Below, piece after piece: positions 14,001-26,669 of a stretch of 64,000 nucleotides of DNA. Where the stretch lies: assembly GCF_964204865.1 (NCBI RefSeq), contig NC_135257.1:9362001-9426000 (forward strand). The letters are read 5' to 3'. The position numbers and the translations under genes are program-made. Under the pieces are notes generated by a model. It made no database searches. It saw only the letters and a program-made list of their open reading frames with translations, and had not been told where the DNA came from. Each line of letters begins with the position of its first letter. The stretch's first letter is position 1. Source of the DNA: Styela clava (Eukaryota).

Positions 14001-15963
14001 TTAGAATTGAGAAGGTCACCGGGTCAGATTCCCACTGGTTAACATTTTTCATATGTAGAAATAGAATGGGGTCAACGACATTCAGGATATCAAAAACTAT
14101 TACATAATTCAGCAATGATCCACGTCGACATAAAATTTGTAACCTCAAACTATGTAGTTTTATATTAGCGACCGTGAGTTGTTGGTCGTTACTAAACCCC
14201 GCCAAAACTACAAAGAACTTTGTCAACGTCATGAGTTAAATGACTTTACACATCTATAATATTGCGCATCAGTTAAATTGTGTAAAATGTATTTTTAATG
14301 ACGCAATTTTCATTGCTTTAGTTGTCTGCGGTACCCAACGATCACTTTTATAACTTGACTTAAACCAACATCGTTAATGTATTTTCCAGTAACCGATTGT
14401 GTAAGTCAGGAACATTGTGTTTAGTGTAACTGTAAACGATAGTACATTGAGTTATTTTTTTTACATTTAATAGCATTTAGTGAATTGCGGCCTCATTTGA
14501 CCCAAAAGGACATTTTGAATAGCAATGTCGATAAGCAACAAGCAGTTATATCAAATAGATCTGTTACATCTGAGTAAGGCCAAGGAGACTATAGCATTGA
14601 AATCGAAGATTCCGAATCACTTTTTGTTTTGAAAAGTATAACATCATTGTTGAATTTTAGTATGCAAAAAAAGCACTATAGTAATCATTCCATCTCACGC
14701 GTAACGCAATTCAAATCCACTACCAACTCCAAATCACGGATAGATAGATGGCGCTAACGCAATAATGTTTGTGGTGGCACCTGGAAATATCCAAACGAAT
14801 GAAGACATTGGATAAAACTAATATACATGCGTTGCTTTTCTCGTGATAATATATTGGTAAAAATTGTGCATTTTGCATGACTTTTGATTGTAGCCATTTT
14901 TGTCGCTATAACTCATCTCTATGCGAATAGCTCTCGTCTGCCTCTCATGGTGGACTTATTTTTTGTGACACCTTCAATGATTTTGGTGCCAACTTTCGAA
15001 TGTCATCTTCAGTTAGATCAGGGGATGTGCAACCCTTAATGCAGAAGGGGCAGAAAGAAATAACTGAGTGAAACCGCAGGCCGCACTTTTATTTGTTTAT
15101 ACCACAGGCTTTCTAGTAGTTCTAGTAACACAGTTCTAGTAGCACAAAAAGTTTGATTATTGGTCTTGTGAAATGCGTTGTTTGCACAAGCTGTCTAAAG
15201 CAGGGGTTCTCAAACTTTTGGTGTTGCGGAGTCCTTGGGAAGGTTGACTATTATTCACGGAGCCCCAAAATAAATGTTAAAGTTGTTACTTTCAGATTAA
15301 TATTCCTGAGCAAGTTAAAAGTACTTTACTTAATTTAAATGCTGAACCTTAGGGTTAATATACAAGTCATACATAAATCTAAATTTCAAACATAAATTAT
15401 ATATACACTAAAGCTGTAAATTTGACACTTGACAAACATATTAATAAATAAGGGGTCGAATCTTTTCCCTTTTGACATTTTTGGAAGACTTAAAAGGCCG
15501 CTAATAACGTGCGCAATTGCATTTTGTTACAATCGCCGATTTTTTTCGTCAGCATGGTGTGTCTTTGAACCTTTTAACATCTTTACGCCGGTGTTTATTC
15601 TCCCTAAATCAAAAATTTCCCTCGGCATATATATAAATGTATAGTTACACAATGACGACGTTATTCGCTTTTTTGTTCTCGTGGGGAATTATGAGTTCAA
15701 TGTGAAAAACATGTTACCATATTATAGTCATCGTTACGAAATGCTAAAAATAATAATTAATAAAGAGATAAATCCGCAACTCAAATTTCTTGATTGAAAA
15801 GCGGCATTCTAAAATAATAAAACTAAAACTTAAAATGGAAGATCACTGGTTTGGTTTCAGCAGACTCACCTCAGATTGAAAACGTATTTATAGACATTGT
15901 AAATCACAAAAATTGGTGTTATGTTAGGTTTTCATCGTAGTAACTGCGAAATCGAAACAGAGT

Positions 15964-16084
15964 CAATTGTGCGCGCGATGTACCTTTTCCCCCATTATGA
16001 AACTACCGACGGAGCCGCACGCAATCAATTGTGCGCGCTCCGCGATGTACCTTTTTTTTCATTCTGAAACTACCGACGGAGCCG
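15964..16084. repeat. ~60-bp direct duplication inside the transposon
   Basis: tcaattgtgcgcgc..gatgtacctttt...gaaactaccgacggagccg occurs twice. Confidence 0.75.
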
Positions 16085-16439
16085 AATGCAATAAAATAAA
16101 TTTCAATTGTTCGTTAAATGCTCGCATCGGTCATGGATTAAATATTTTACGCAATAGAAATCTCGTTATCCGTTTTTTTTTAATCGCGAAGAATGTTGCG
16201 CGGAAATTTCCGATTCCAATTTTGAACCACCACCCTCTTAAGAATCCTGGCTGCGCTCCTGCTTATAAATAATGTCATTTTTTAATTCCGCCTCTTTGCC
16301 ATATTTCGAGGCTATTTTGTTGTCAGATTTTATCAAAGCTGTTATTGCTTCTTATTAGAACAGTTACAAAACTAGTCAGTATTTTGAAAAGTAATCCAAT
16401 AGCTCTCCATCAATTTTTTGCTTTTTAGTTGCCGACATT

Positions 16440-16695
16440 TTACATTTTACCGGATTTTTTTAAATGTTCCATTTTGTCTACTCGTGCCTGGCCAAGAATT
16501 TTATCAAACTGGGAGGAGTGCTTAGTTATGTAATGACGTTTAACAATATACTCTTTGATAACTGCAATAGTACTTTGACAAACGAACGAGGCAGACAGCA
16601 CCTTGGTTGTGTGGGACAACAAAATATTTTGTACACCATTCACTGTTGAATACCCTTCCTTCTCCATCAATTTTTTGCTTTTTAGTTGCCGACAT
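16440..16695 (-). pseudogene. hAT transposase N-terminal Zn-finger relic (GTF2IRD2/EPM2AIP1/SPIN-like)
   Basis: MSATKKQKIDGEGRVFNSEWCTKYFVVPHNQGAVCLV [frameshift] CQSTIAVIKEYIVKRHYITKHSSQFDKILGQARVDKMEHLKKS, containing the CxxC...KEY..KRHY..KH motif. Confidence 0.85.
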
Positions 16696-17454
16696 TTTAC
16701 TATTTTACTAAATTATCAAAAAAATATTACCCTCACGAAACTAGCAAAACAGGCTACTGAACTGCTTCAAATTCTTGAAAGCTAGTGACTGGAAAGTGTC
16801 TAGCAATCACTATGAGGGATTATTACATCGCAATGTATTGTTGTAAACAAGCGAATCAAGTGAAAAAGCAATGGCGGCTAACAACAATTCCTGGCTAGTG
16901 AGATAACACATTTTATCTATAAACGTAATCTGCTAGACAGAGCTTATAACTGAACGAGTCTAAACCACAAATCCAAAGAATGCTTATGTCACGTTCTGTC
17001 ATAATCAAAATACTGTTTCTATCTAAGCTACTAAAAAGATACACGAGGTCTTAATCGTCAGGTCTAATTAAACTGTCGTATTGGGATTTTATGCTCGATG
17101 TGTAAAAATCAGAGTATTGACAAGGGCCACACTAAATGACTTGGCGGGCCGGGTTGTAGCCCGCAGGCCGCCTGTTACACACCCCTGGTCTAAGTAAGGC
17201 ATGGTGAATTCTTAGGCATAGATAGTAAATTGGACCCAGAGTTCGCAAGGCAAAAGGATTGGAATTACAAAACTTGTTTAATAGACGCACATCATTCAAA
17301 TTTGGCACTTCTCCGCGGGCCGCACTTGTTTTTCTTGAGGGCATTTGGCCCGCGCGCCGCAGATTGCACACCCCTGAGTCAGATAGTTCTTCTTTTTCAG
17401 ATCCATTCACCGGAATGTTGCGTTTGGTGTTTTCGTAATATTTAACAAGTCCAG

Positions 17455-17495
17455 TCGATTCCGCGAAGAATCGATTCCGCGAAGAATCGATTCCG
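17455..17495. repeat. 16-bp tandem repeat (TCGATTCCGCGAAGAA) x2.5
   Basis: Read directly from the sequence. Confidence 0.85.
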
Positions 17496-19420
17496 TGGAC
17501 GCCATTTTGCGTCATCTTTGAGAACGTGGAACAATCGGGTCTGATGGGGATTTTCGCCGTGAATTTTCCCACAAACACAACATAGCACCATTTTGATCAT
17601 TTTTTCAAAGATTTCATACTTCATAGTGATACGCCGATTTGACACTGTACGAAGCCGCGCAACAACCTTGCAATGTCATTTGGAATTCTAGTACAGCTTG
17701 GAGCTGAGCAGTCGGGCATTATAGAGCTTGACAGACGGAAAAAAAACTTCATTGAAGCTAAGTTGAGTCGCTCAGTAATTTCGTCGAATAAAAACCTGTT
17801 CCCATCTGTGATATCATAAGGAACGCTATGGTCAAATGGTCAATTATGACGATTGAAATGGCCAAACTTACTTCGGATGCAACTCGGCACAGGTATACTT
17901 GTCTTTAAAGACAATTAATGCACTTTGTATTTAATTTGGCTAACATCATCGGATGTCAACGTGTTTGGCTAAATTGTTTCTTCAAAAAGCGAATTCTAAA
18001 ATCTTCCCAGTTGAAATATTAGTGAAAATAATAGTTTAAATAGTTGTGCACTTGTGTGGTAAACAATAGGCATAAGATGGCCTTCATTCTCTGAGCGTTG
18101 CTTCGCCTGTTGGACACGTAGTGGACCTATGGATCGTTTCAATATTATGTTGTTGTTCTTTTTCATCATCATTATAAAATCAATTTTCTCTTAGAATACT
18201 GAACCAATTGCTTTGAACTTTTCAGTGAGTAAAGATTGATTCTTTTTGCCAGAAGGCTGTTACTTTTATTTCTTCCTAAATTTTCTAATAATCCTTTGAG
18301 ATCTAGTATTTCATCCAAAATTTCCCTGTATTACTTTTTGGACACGTTAGTGGATATGACGATCGTTTTGCATTATTTTTGGACACCTAGTGGAAAACCT
18401 AAAAATTCTTTGTTTACTGGACTAATTGCTCTACAATTTTCAGCGGTTAAAGATGAAAGTATTCTTTAGAAGGCTATTACTTTCATCTATTTCAAATATT
18501 CCTGATAGCACTGTCGGATTCGTTTTTTTGACACGTGATGGATTTGTTATTATGCTGGCACTTTTTTTCCTGATATTTTGATCACGTGCTCTTCAAACGT
18601 CGGTGGTTCCCGTCAAAGTGGTTTATAATCACTTTGGTTCCCGTGTAACGTAATTCTTGCATTGCTAAGATTTGTTTTTGGGGAATGGCGAACAGCGCCC
18701 TACTTGGTGTTATATTACAATAGTGACTCGGATCGCTAGTGTTACTACAGTTGTGACTCGGACCATCTTGCGATTTCAATTCACGCTGGCACAAGGCAGG
18801 AACTTCTAAAAATAGGGCAGTCCTGGTACTGTGACACTCTCTTGTTAATTATGGGAACACAGTTTTTAGTCCACCAAGCGTGACAGCTGATTCAACAAAT
18901 TCTTGCTATTCGAAACCAGGAAGTTTTTTGAGGTTACGTACCGGTAATACTAAAGGTATGGTCAACTACTGCAGTGTGTTCTTCTTCGCTTGGTGTCAAT
19001 ATATTTGTACTGTGGTATCTGCCGTTATAATACCGTAGTAAATCAGTTGGTATTTCAATTCACATTGAAATGGAATCGTCACAGGACGTTGAAATCCGTG
19101 TACTGGTCTATCTGTCTCACAAACGAGGAGCGTGTGGCATGTCATGTGTCAAAGTAGCGTGTTTTTTGTTAAAATTTCCGAATGTTACGGTAGTGAATTT
19201 TTTTTCGGTAAATCGGATTTTTTTTCTAAGGTAGTTATTTGGTGACGTCTTTACATTGCGTTTTTCTTAGTTTTTTGCGGTATCGTAGCCATGGAACTGT
19301 TTCACTGTCCAGCTTCGTTCAGGATACCCTATGATTTTCGATGAATTGATGATAAAATATTTCGTTTTGTCCTATGTGTCTATTTATTTGAGCATCTCTT
19401 GTGTTATATATAGTATACGC

Positions 19421-20246
19421 CAGGGGTTGTCAACATTTTTTCGCTCGCGGGCCAAATTAAGGGTTGCAAGTCTTGGTGGGCCGCACATATTTTTAGAAAT
19501 GTAAAAATCGAAAGAATGGCCCATGAATCACAGTTTTTTTCACACAGATCAGAAGTTTAAATTTTAAACAGCGGCCTTCTTCGTTGTCTTACTAAAAGAA
19601 AATTTACAAATGATATATTTAATGTGACATGTTTTGTTGCATCACCCTTGATACGTTTTCGACATCAGGTGACACACTGGATGAAGCTAAGATTAGAATA
19701 TTTTCTAAATGGGTATCACTAATCCTAGTTTTCCGCTTGTTCTTTGCAATGTTCATTTTCAAAAATAATTGATCGCACACATATGTACTTCCAAACAACG
19801 ATATATATGAATTATATGCGCATGGTTTGTCTAATTTAGATGTGATTATTCTTCAGAAAGATACTTTTCATAAAAATCAAGCAGTGATGCATCTCTCGAA
19901 TAGAGTATAGATTTATTTCCTCATTGCATTAAATCAAAAAAGTCCATTTGAATATTTTGTGCGCCGTTGAACCCTTTGCCCTTACCATCAACTTTTCTGC
20001 GTTTTGTTGCAATTTTTCTAATTATAATTAAATTATTGGCTCCTTGAACGAGTGATTGTGAAGGATGTACTTGTTAGGTTATCATATAATTTAGTCTACA
20101 CGCGTTTCACAATAAATTCTGTTACCTACAGAATGTAATCGTCAAAACAACCGTTTTGTTATTATAATTCAGCAAAGCGTCGCGGACCGGATTTTTTTAT
20201 TCCGCGGGCCGGATCTGGCCCGTGGGCCATAGGTTGCCGACTCCTG
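19421..20246 (-). mobile_element. Defective hAT element carrying the transposase C-terminal dimerisation domain
   Basis: Termini CAGGGGTTGTCAAC... and ...GTTGCCGACTCCTG. The minus strand (~19800-19620) reads SLFGSTYVCDQLFLKMNIAKNKRKTRISDTHLENILILASSSVSPDVENVSRVMQQNMSH*, a typical hAT C-terminus. Confidence 0.85.
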
Positions 20247-20256
20247 GTCACAGAGC

Positions 20257-20291
<35 letters not shown>
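20257..20291. repeat. (TA)n(GA)n microsatellite
   Basis: Read directly from the sequence. Confidence 0.9.
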
Positions 20292-21562
20292 TGCGCTTCT
20301 TTTTCACTCTCGTTTTGACGATAGACTTTCAACTTTTCCAAGGTGCGTATTACTTATGGGATTGGACAGAAATCAATTATTCGCGTCGATTTTTTTTTTT
20401 GCATATACGCCTAATTTTGATTCGTTTATTATCAAGTATGAAACGCTATTATATTCCAACCCCTTGGTGCGCATACTTCAGGAGGTCCAAAATTTGTTTA
20501 TCACACACTGCAGTTGCGAATCAGGCTCCACAACGCACATTCTTCAAACAATTACAATTGGAAATGGTGGCCTACATCAGAAAATCTCATTTCCAGTGAA
20601 TTTCCTGCAACGATTTCCTATACGATGATTCCTGAATAGCGTCAAAAATTTGAATCAAATCTAAAATTGAACTCGGTGTTTGCAATATCGGGAACATTTG
20701 CATTTTGTGCAGACTTCAGATCGAAATTAAGATTATATCTGTATACTGGAAAATACACAGATAGTTCGATTAAATTATACTAGTCAACACAACGTTCCAA
20801 AAATATCCATAATTGAAAACATAACATTAATTAAGTTAAGATAACAAAAAATGCATTAATCAACTTGACGAATTCTAGAAATTACGTCAGGCATGCAACA
20901 ATTGTTTGCGGTAGAGTATAATTGTTAAAATGAAAATGGGATAACTGAATAAGCAGATGTGATTTAGACAGCGCGTTTATTATGAGGAAAGAATGAAAGA
21001 GATATATTGTTACAGATTGGTTTTATGTGTGCATAGACATCCTATTTAATTCAAAGGACTACTTGTCACTCAGATTTCTGGGTTAAATATGCGCAAGTAT
21101 ACAAAAATGTGGGTGATGTCGCTCTGCGAATTTTAATACCATTTTCATCAACGTATTTGTTCGAAATCGGATTTTTCACTCTAGTACAAGTGAAGAAAAA
21201 GTCCCGGAACCAGCTTGACTGTGGAGGCGATTTACGCTGTGTATTATTCACCACGAAACCTCGAATTAAATATCTGTTCACCCCAAAGCAACTGCATTAA
21301 TAATAGAAAATGTTACTTGTTTTTAAAACTCCTCAATTTATTTTAATATTCAAGTTCCATACACGTATTTCAACGTGTTTTTAAAAAATCATAATAACCC
21401 ACTGCCACCTCTTTTCATCATTAGGCATATTCAGTCGCAAACGAATGCGTCACTGAGTTCCTTTAGTATTTTTTCAGGTACAAATGTCTTTCATGTTTTA
21501 GAAACTCGATTAAATAGTTTAAAAAACTGCTCCTATTTTTACGGCAATATCGTCGAACGATC

Positions 21563-21972
21563 ATGTCCGTGTTATACACAATTTTAGTTTTCTTTGAAGC
21601 AGCGGTTTTTCAATCTCAATGTCAACTACCTTGCGACTTGAATTCATGTCGATTACAAGTGGTTTGTGACAGTGACGGCATTGGACATACTAGGTATCCA
21701 GAAAGTGAGTATTGAACTTTGATTAATTATTCACATAGTGAATAATCGGACAAGAACAAGTTAGTTATCTGGGCGGCTTTAATGGCAGCCAGTCCTTTGC
21801 TGGAGTGATTGAAAATTTTATGATGTGGAATCGAGCTCTCAGAGAAGAAGAGATAACAACTTTATATCAGGAATAATGTATGTGTCCAAAACATCACATG
21901 TTGCATCTAGCACTTCATGAAATTCAAGTGCATGGAAAGGTGACAGCACAGGCAGTACATGGTTGTCAGTAA
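21563..21972 (+). pseudogene. Pentraxin copy A, pseudogene with internal deletion
   Basis: Exon 1 (21563-21704) is intact. The intron acceptor and ~400 nt of exon 2 are deleted, so the intron runs directly into IIGQEQ at ~21742. There is an in-frame TAA at 21874, QEQD is changed to QEQV and GGFD to GGFN, and the TATA box seen in the paralogues is missing. Confidence 0.9.
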
Positions 21973-24611
21973 TGAAAATTTTAAAAGGCAGCTACGTTAT
22001 ACATTACGAATTGAGGAGGATGATTCATTTCTTTTAAAGACATTGATTCGTTACACATTTCTGTATTAACTCAATGTTTTATGTACAGTATTAAGGTTCA
22101 AAATATAATATCTTCTGGACCGAGGTGGCAATTTGGTATCATTTCAAAACTAATGGTTTACTTTAGAATATGAATGAAACTTTTCTATCCAATAAATTAA
22201 TTTTTTTTATTACTGGGAATAGATTATTCAAATACAAAAATAACCAAGACGTAATTTCAATGCATAACAGCTTCTTACATTCTATAATAAAATTATGAAA
22301 AGTATCAGCATAGCGTCCCATACGCATTAAGTCTTATATTTCATAAATAGTTTTAATTTCTGTCACTACATTGTATTTAAACTTGAAACTGTTTTCGAAA
22401 AAATTTCCACAAAATTAAAATTTTTGTTGCCGGGCGCAATACGCCAGCGCTTTTGATAAATGTTTTGGTGTGAATATCTGCATAGAAAGACCCTGAATTT
22501 GTTTTACTATTGGGAACAATAGCACCAAGACCCCTTCCCGACGCAGTCATTGCAACAGAATAAAAGAATCGTGGTAATGGACATACGGAAGGGTTTTTGA
22601 GAAGAGCATTATTTGATACGGTTTATCAGCCTATCTGATCGTGTCTCTATAACAACATTAAAAGTGCGCGGGGAAGGGAAATCTAGTCTATTCAGTGACA
22701 TAAAGATTTTGTAAATAGAAAACAATTGGCCAATACACGTGAACAACACTAATACATCGAAAGAGAAAATTTCAGAAAAATAAAAAAAATGTTTCTATAA
22801 AATTGAACTCTGGAGTAAATGCATCATATCAACTCCATCATACGTTTTTTTTTATATATTTGAGATGCAATTTTGTTGTGTTGTTTTTACCTGATTATTT
22901 GATTAAAATATTGGAAATGACTTCAGGACTGTTGGTATTAAAAACACTAGTCTTTGATTTAAAACGATCGCAAATAAAAACTATTCAAAGTGACAGATAA
23001 TACGAAATCCACGTAACCCAACATCTGATTCCCGGGTAGATTTTGTGGGTCTGGTATAGTTTATTTAAGTACCGCAAGTACTTCAGTTGAGCGTAGCATA
23101 ACGAATTTCGCATATGTTATTCCTGAGCCTCGTCTGACTATGTCATCCAAAAATTACGTCACCCGCACGTCATAGAGTTTGCTAAAGTATAGTTACGATT
23201 TCCCGAAACGGCATATGCGCCGCCGATAACGAACTCACTAAAGCCAGCGATCTCTCCCGTATTGGGAGAGTTGCGACCATCGAACTGGAAATACATGGAA
23301 CGATCTTCTCTCTCGTTTTGCGTTGTCTCGCCGAGGGATCATTTGATCGCCGCCATCTTGGCATTTATGCTTCCAAAATTTATTCGTGTTGCATATGGTT
23401 TTGGCCAGTATTTCGTCTATTTTAGTACCCAGTGCGCCGCATATGGATGTATATGCGACACTGTGTGGGTATTCAAATACAATTATATTCGAGTTGGGAA
23501 TTAATCGCCCGATGTGGATTTCGTTCTTGAAAAAATTTGATTGTTCAGGCGATTACACAATAGATATAAGTGGAAACAATTATTTTTGCCTGATGTCATA
23601 AAATTGCACTATCCTCCACGGGGAAACTTTCACCCAAGTCTTGGGTAAAGTGCGAAGCGCAGCTCCCGTAGTCTGTGTTGGGGTTAGGCCATACCTTTAT
23701 TCCGATTTTTCTTATTTTAGTTCTATCACGATATCGGGTAATGTGTGTGTTAGCCAAGTGAATATGTCCTTCGGTCCCTTTACACACCTTGATGTAAAGT
23801 AGGCGAACTATATTACACACACTTCTAGAGCGCCCTTCAGTTTTATTTATATTTATTCATAGCTTGGGTACTACGGAACCAGGCCACGCAAAGATATTGA
23901 GATCGCCACGCAAAATACTTGAGGCGGTAAAACATGGCCAAATTCAGGTGAACGGGGAAGCGATTCCGATAAGCCATCTTGGCTAAATGTTCTGTGGTCG
24001 TTTTTGTTCGCTTTAGACTGATACGTTGGCTATATTATCAACCACAACTTGAGCAAATTTATAAAACTGCCAAAATTAGCACCGTATGTTGGTCTGGGAT
24101 ATATTAGCGTTTGATATATAATGAGAAACGAGTCATGATCAGGAGAATATGTGAGAAAAATTGACGAAAATAATTGATTTCTGTCAAATACCATAAGAAA
24201 TGCATTACGCGACTAGGAAAAGTTGGAAGCATATCGTCAAAACGAGAGAGCGTTCAAATGATCCTGCGGAAACGAGAGAGAAGCGCACTCTATTTATATA
24301 TCTCTGTGGTTGCGACGAGAAAACGAGAGAGATAGCTTGCTCGAATTCGAGTGATCGTCTGGGCGTTTTGGACGATCATCGGTACATTTTGGAGGTCTTT
24401 ACGCCACTGTGAGATCCTAGTGACGTAGTCAGGTGATATATATTTCATTTATTCGACGTTTTTAATTCCTTCAACTCTTAAAATATTCGAGACAAGAGTT
24501 ATTAACCGGATTGAAAATATAAACAAATATATATCAGTTATAAAATTTCAAATTGGTTAAATTCTGGAACAAACTCTTCAGCTTACTTTGCCTACTGGTA
24601 AATCTGGCCCT

Positions 24612-25405
24612 GTAGACCATATATATATCGATATCACCTTTTTCGCCAATACCAGCGAGAAAACGGCACTGCAATATTTTATATACGCCGATCTTTTGAA
24701 AAGTCGATATTTAAATTCCGATAAGATGTAGTTATCATTTTGGGTGGACGGTAAAGGCGGTATAAAATAGTTGTACGCAAACTACATTTACGGTGAACAT
24801 TATTTCGGCTTGAAATACGGACACCCCAGAAAATGAAAAATCATATTTGCAATTTAGATACATAACTGGCATGTCACTAGATTCACTACTAACGGTTTAT
24901 TGAAATATTTAAATTAATTGCAGCATGGTAACTTTGTACGTATGCAAAGGGGATCCTCATCATTTTTTTAAACAGATTATGGTAGTTTTCTCAGATATCT
25001 CGTTGTGCCAGAAGCAAGAAATCGCTGTGTTCGAATAAAAGCACATAGCGTGATGGCTGCACTGTACGTGGTTAGGAAATAAATATCTTTATCTATCCTG
25101 TTAAATCAATACGAAAAGTTGCTACGCAGGATTTTGTGATATTTCTATGTCATATTTTGTATTTTGCACAAAGGGCGAATCCAGTGTGATATTTGGTTGA
25201 TAAATATCATTTATCATGAAAACGTTAATGATAAAATTTGATAGCGAAAATAGCACATTATCACTAGCTAAAAACAAGTCGAGAATCAGGGTAAATCTGC
25301 ATAACCTATAGAAATGTGGTTATAAACAAGTTATATATTTGGTATATGAAAAGTTGATGTCAGATGTCAAAAAAAATTCCAATACCGATACATCGGTACA
25401 TCTCG
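24612..25405. mobile_element. Non-autonomous DNA transposon with CCGATA subterminal repeats (paralogue of 31945-32782)
   Basis: Clusters of ccgata(c/t) motifs near both ends, ending atcggtacatctc. It was duplicated along with the pentraxin unit. Confidence 0.45.
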
Positions 25406-26609
25406 TATATACCAATCTGTTACCGGGGACTGTCGCGACTTATTCGTCAAATATTTTGTTCCACATATAAAAAAAATTTGGAGACTTGAGAAAAAGATTT
25501 TGTTCATCAGACACTGCAGCTGCAAACCATGCACAACAACGCACATTCTTCAAACAATTACAATTGCAAATGGTACATCAGCCAATTCATTTCCAGTGAA
25601 TTTCCCGCAACGGTTTCTTAAACGATGATGCCCGAATAGCGCCAGAATTTTAAATTGAATCTAAAATCGAACTCAGACTTCAGATCGGAATTTAAATTTG
25701 CAATACTAGGAAATACAGAGGTAGTCTGATTAAATTGTACTAGTAATCACAACTTTTCGAAGCGATCTACAATTGAAAACATAACATTATGCTAAAACAA
25801 CAGAAAATGTATTAATCAACTTGACGAATTTCAGAAAATACGCCAGGCGTGCAAAAACTGCAGCAAATAATGCTGAAAATTGAGCAACATAATTATTTTT
25901 GTTTGCAAACCCTTTCGTGCGAGCATGTCTGCAAATTGTGGTAAATCGCAAGTTCTCCAAAAACTGTGTGCGTAAGCGATAATATGATTTATTACTTATG
26001 TGGGTATTGAAAACATCTACAAGATTTGAAAAACCAATTATGATGCATTATTTAGAAAAGCAATACAACCGACTCCGCGTATGCTCACTGAGAAATACTC
26101 GTTTGAACTAATCGAGAAGAATTTGAGTAATCCCTAAAACTAGCATCCTCCATCGTCCAACTCACGTGTCTATACCTATACTTTTTGGGTTTTAATACGG
26201 AACGATCTAGCAAAACTTTCGGTTTTAAAATCTTATGAGAGAATACCATTTTTCGATTTTTTTAAACAAAGAAACAGTTAAGAAACGTCACGATGAAGAA
26301 TTGACAGCAGAAATGGTGTGCGAATTAGTTGTTAAAAATATTCATTTTGAGATGATTGTACATCTTGGCAGTATTTTGATATCTCGACACTGACTTAGTT
26401 CATTGCAAATAACCTCCGAAAGTGTAAATTTATTTTTACACTAGAATACAACATGGCCGTAATTTTTTTTACGTCTAATCACGGGATTTGTTAAGTAAAA
26501 ATTCATAATAACCCACTGCCACTTCTTTTCAGTCCTAAATAAACGCGTCACTGAGTTCCATTAGTATTTTACCAGGTAGAAAAAGTCTCTCGTGTTTCAG
26601 AAACTTGCC

Positions 26610-26617
26610 TATATAAG
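26610..26617 (+). promoter_or_regulatory. TATA box of pentraxin B (paralogues at ~35415 and ~43802)
   Basis: CTATATAA lies ~60 nt upstream of the ATG in all three intact copies and is absent in pseudogene A. Confidence 0.7.
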
Positions 26618-26669
26618 CTCTGAGAGAAATGAAGTGGTTTTCATTTTTCAGCAATATCTCGCAAAATTC

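Larger units (their letters stand above)
15019..17376. mobile_element. hAT-type DNA transposon (composite/nested, defective) with 8-bp TSD
   Basis: Termini CAGGGGATGTGCAA... and ...TTGCACACCCCTG. Flanks AGTTAGAT (15011-15018) and AGTCAGAT (17377-17384). The empty site is visible at 38931-38938. A second CAGGGG-bounded segment (15201-17187) lies inside. Confidence 0.85.
14830..17442 (-). pseudogene. JmjC-RDEL last-exon relic 1, split by a hAT insertion
   Basis: 14830-15018 and 17385-17442 join to match 38750-39030. The relic still ends ...ESYSHRDEL* (stop 14906-14908) but has an in-frame TGA and a 2.36-kb insertion. Confidence 0.85.

Noticed and set aside
23596-23820. Minus-strand ORF containing CASHF (THAP-like C..HF)
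   Set aside because: It overlaps a dispersed repeat also present at ~61280-61410 and is on the opposite strand to the THAP-like start, so it is probably coincidental.
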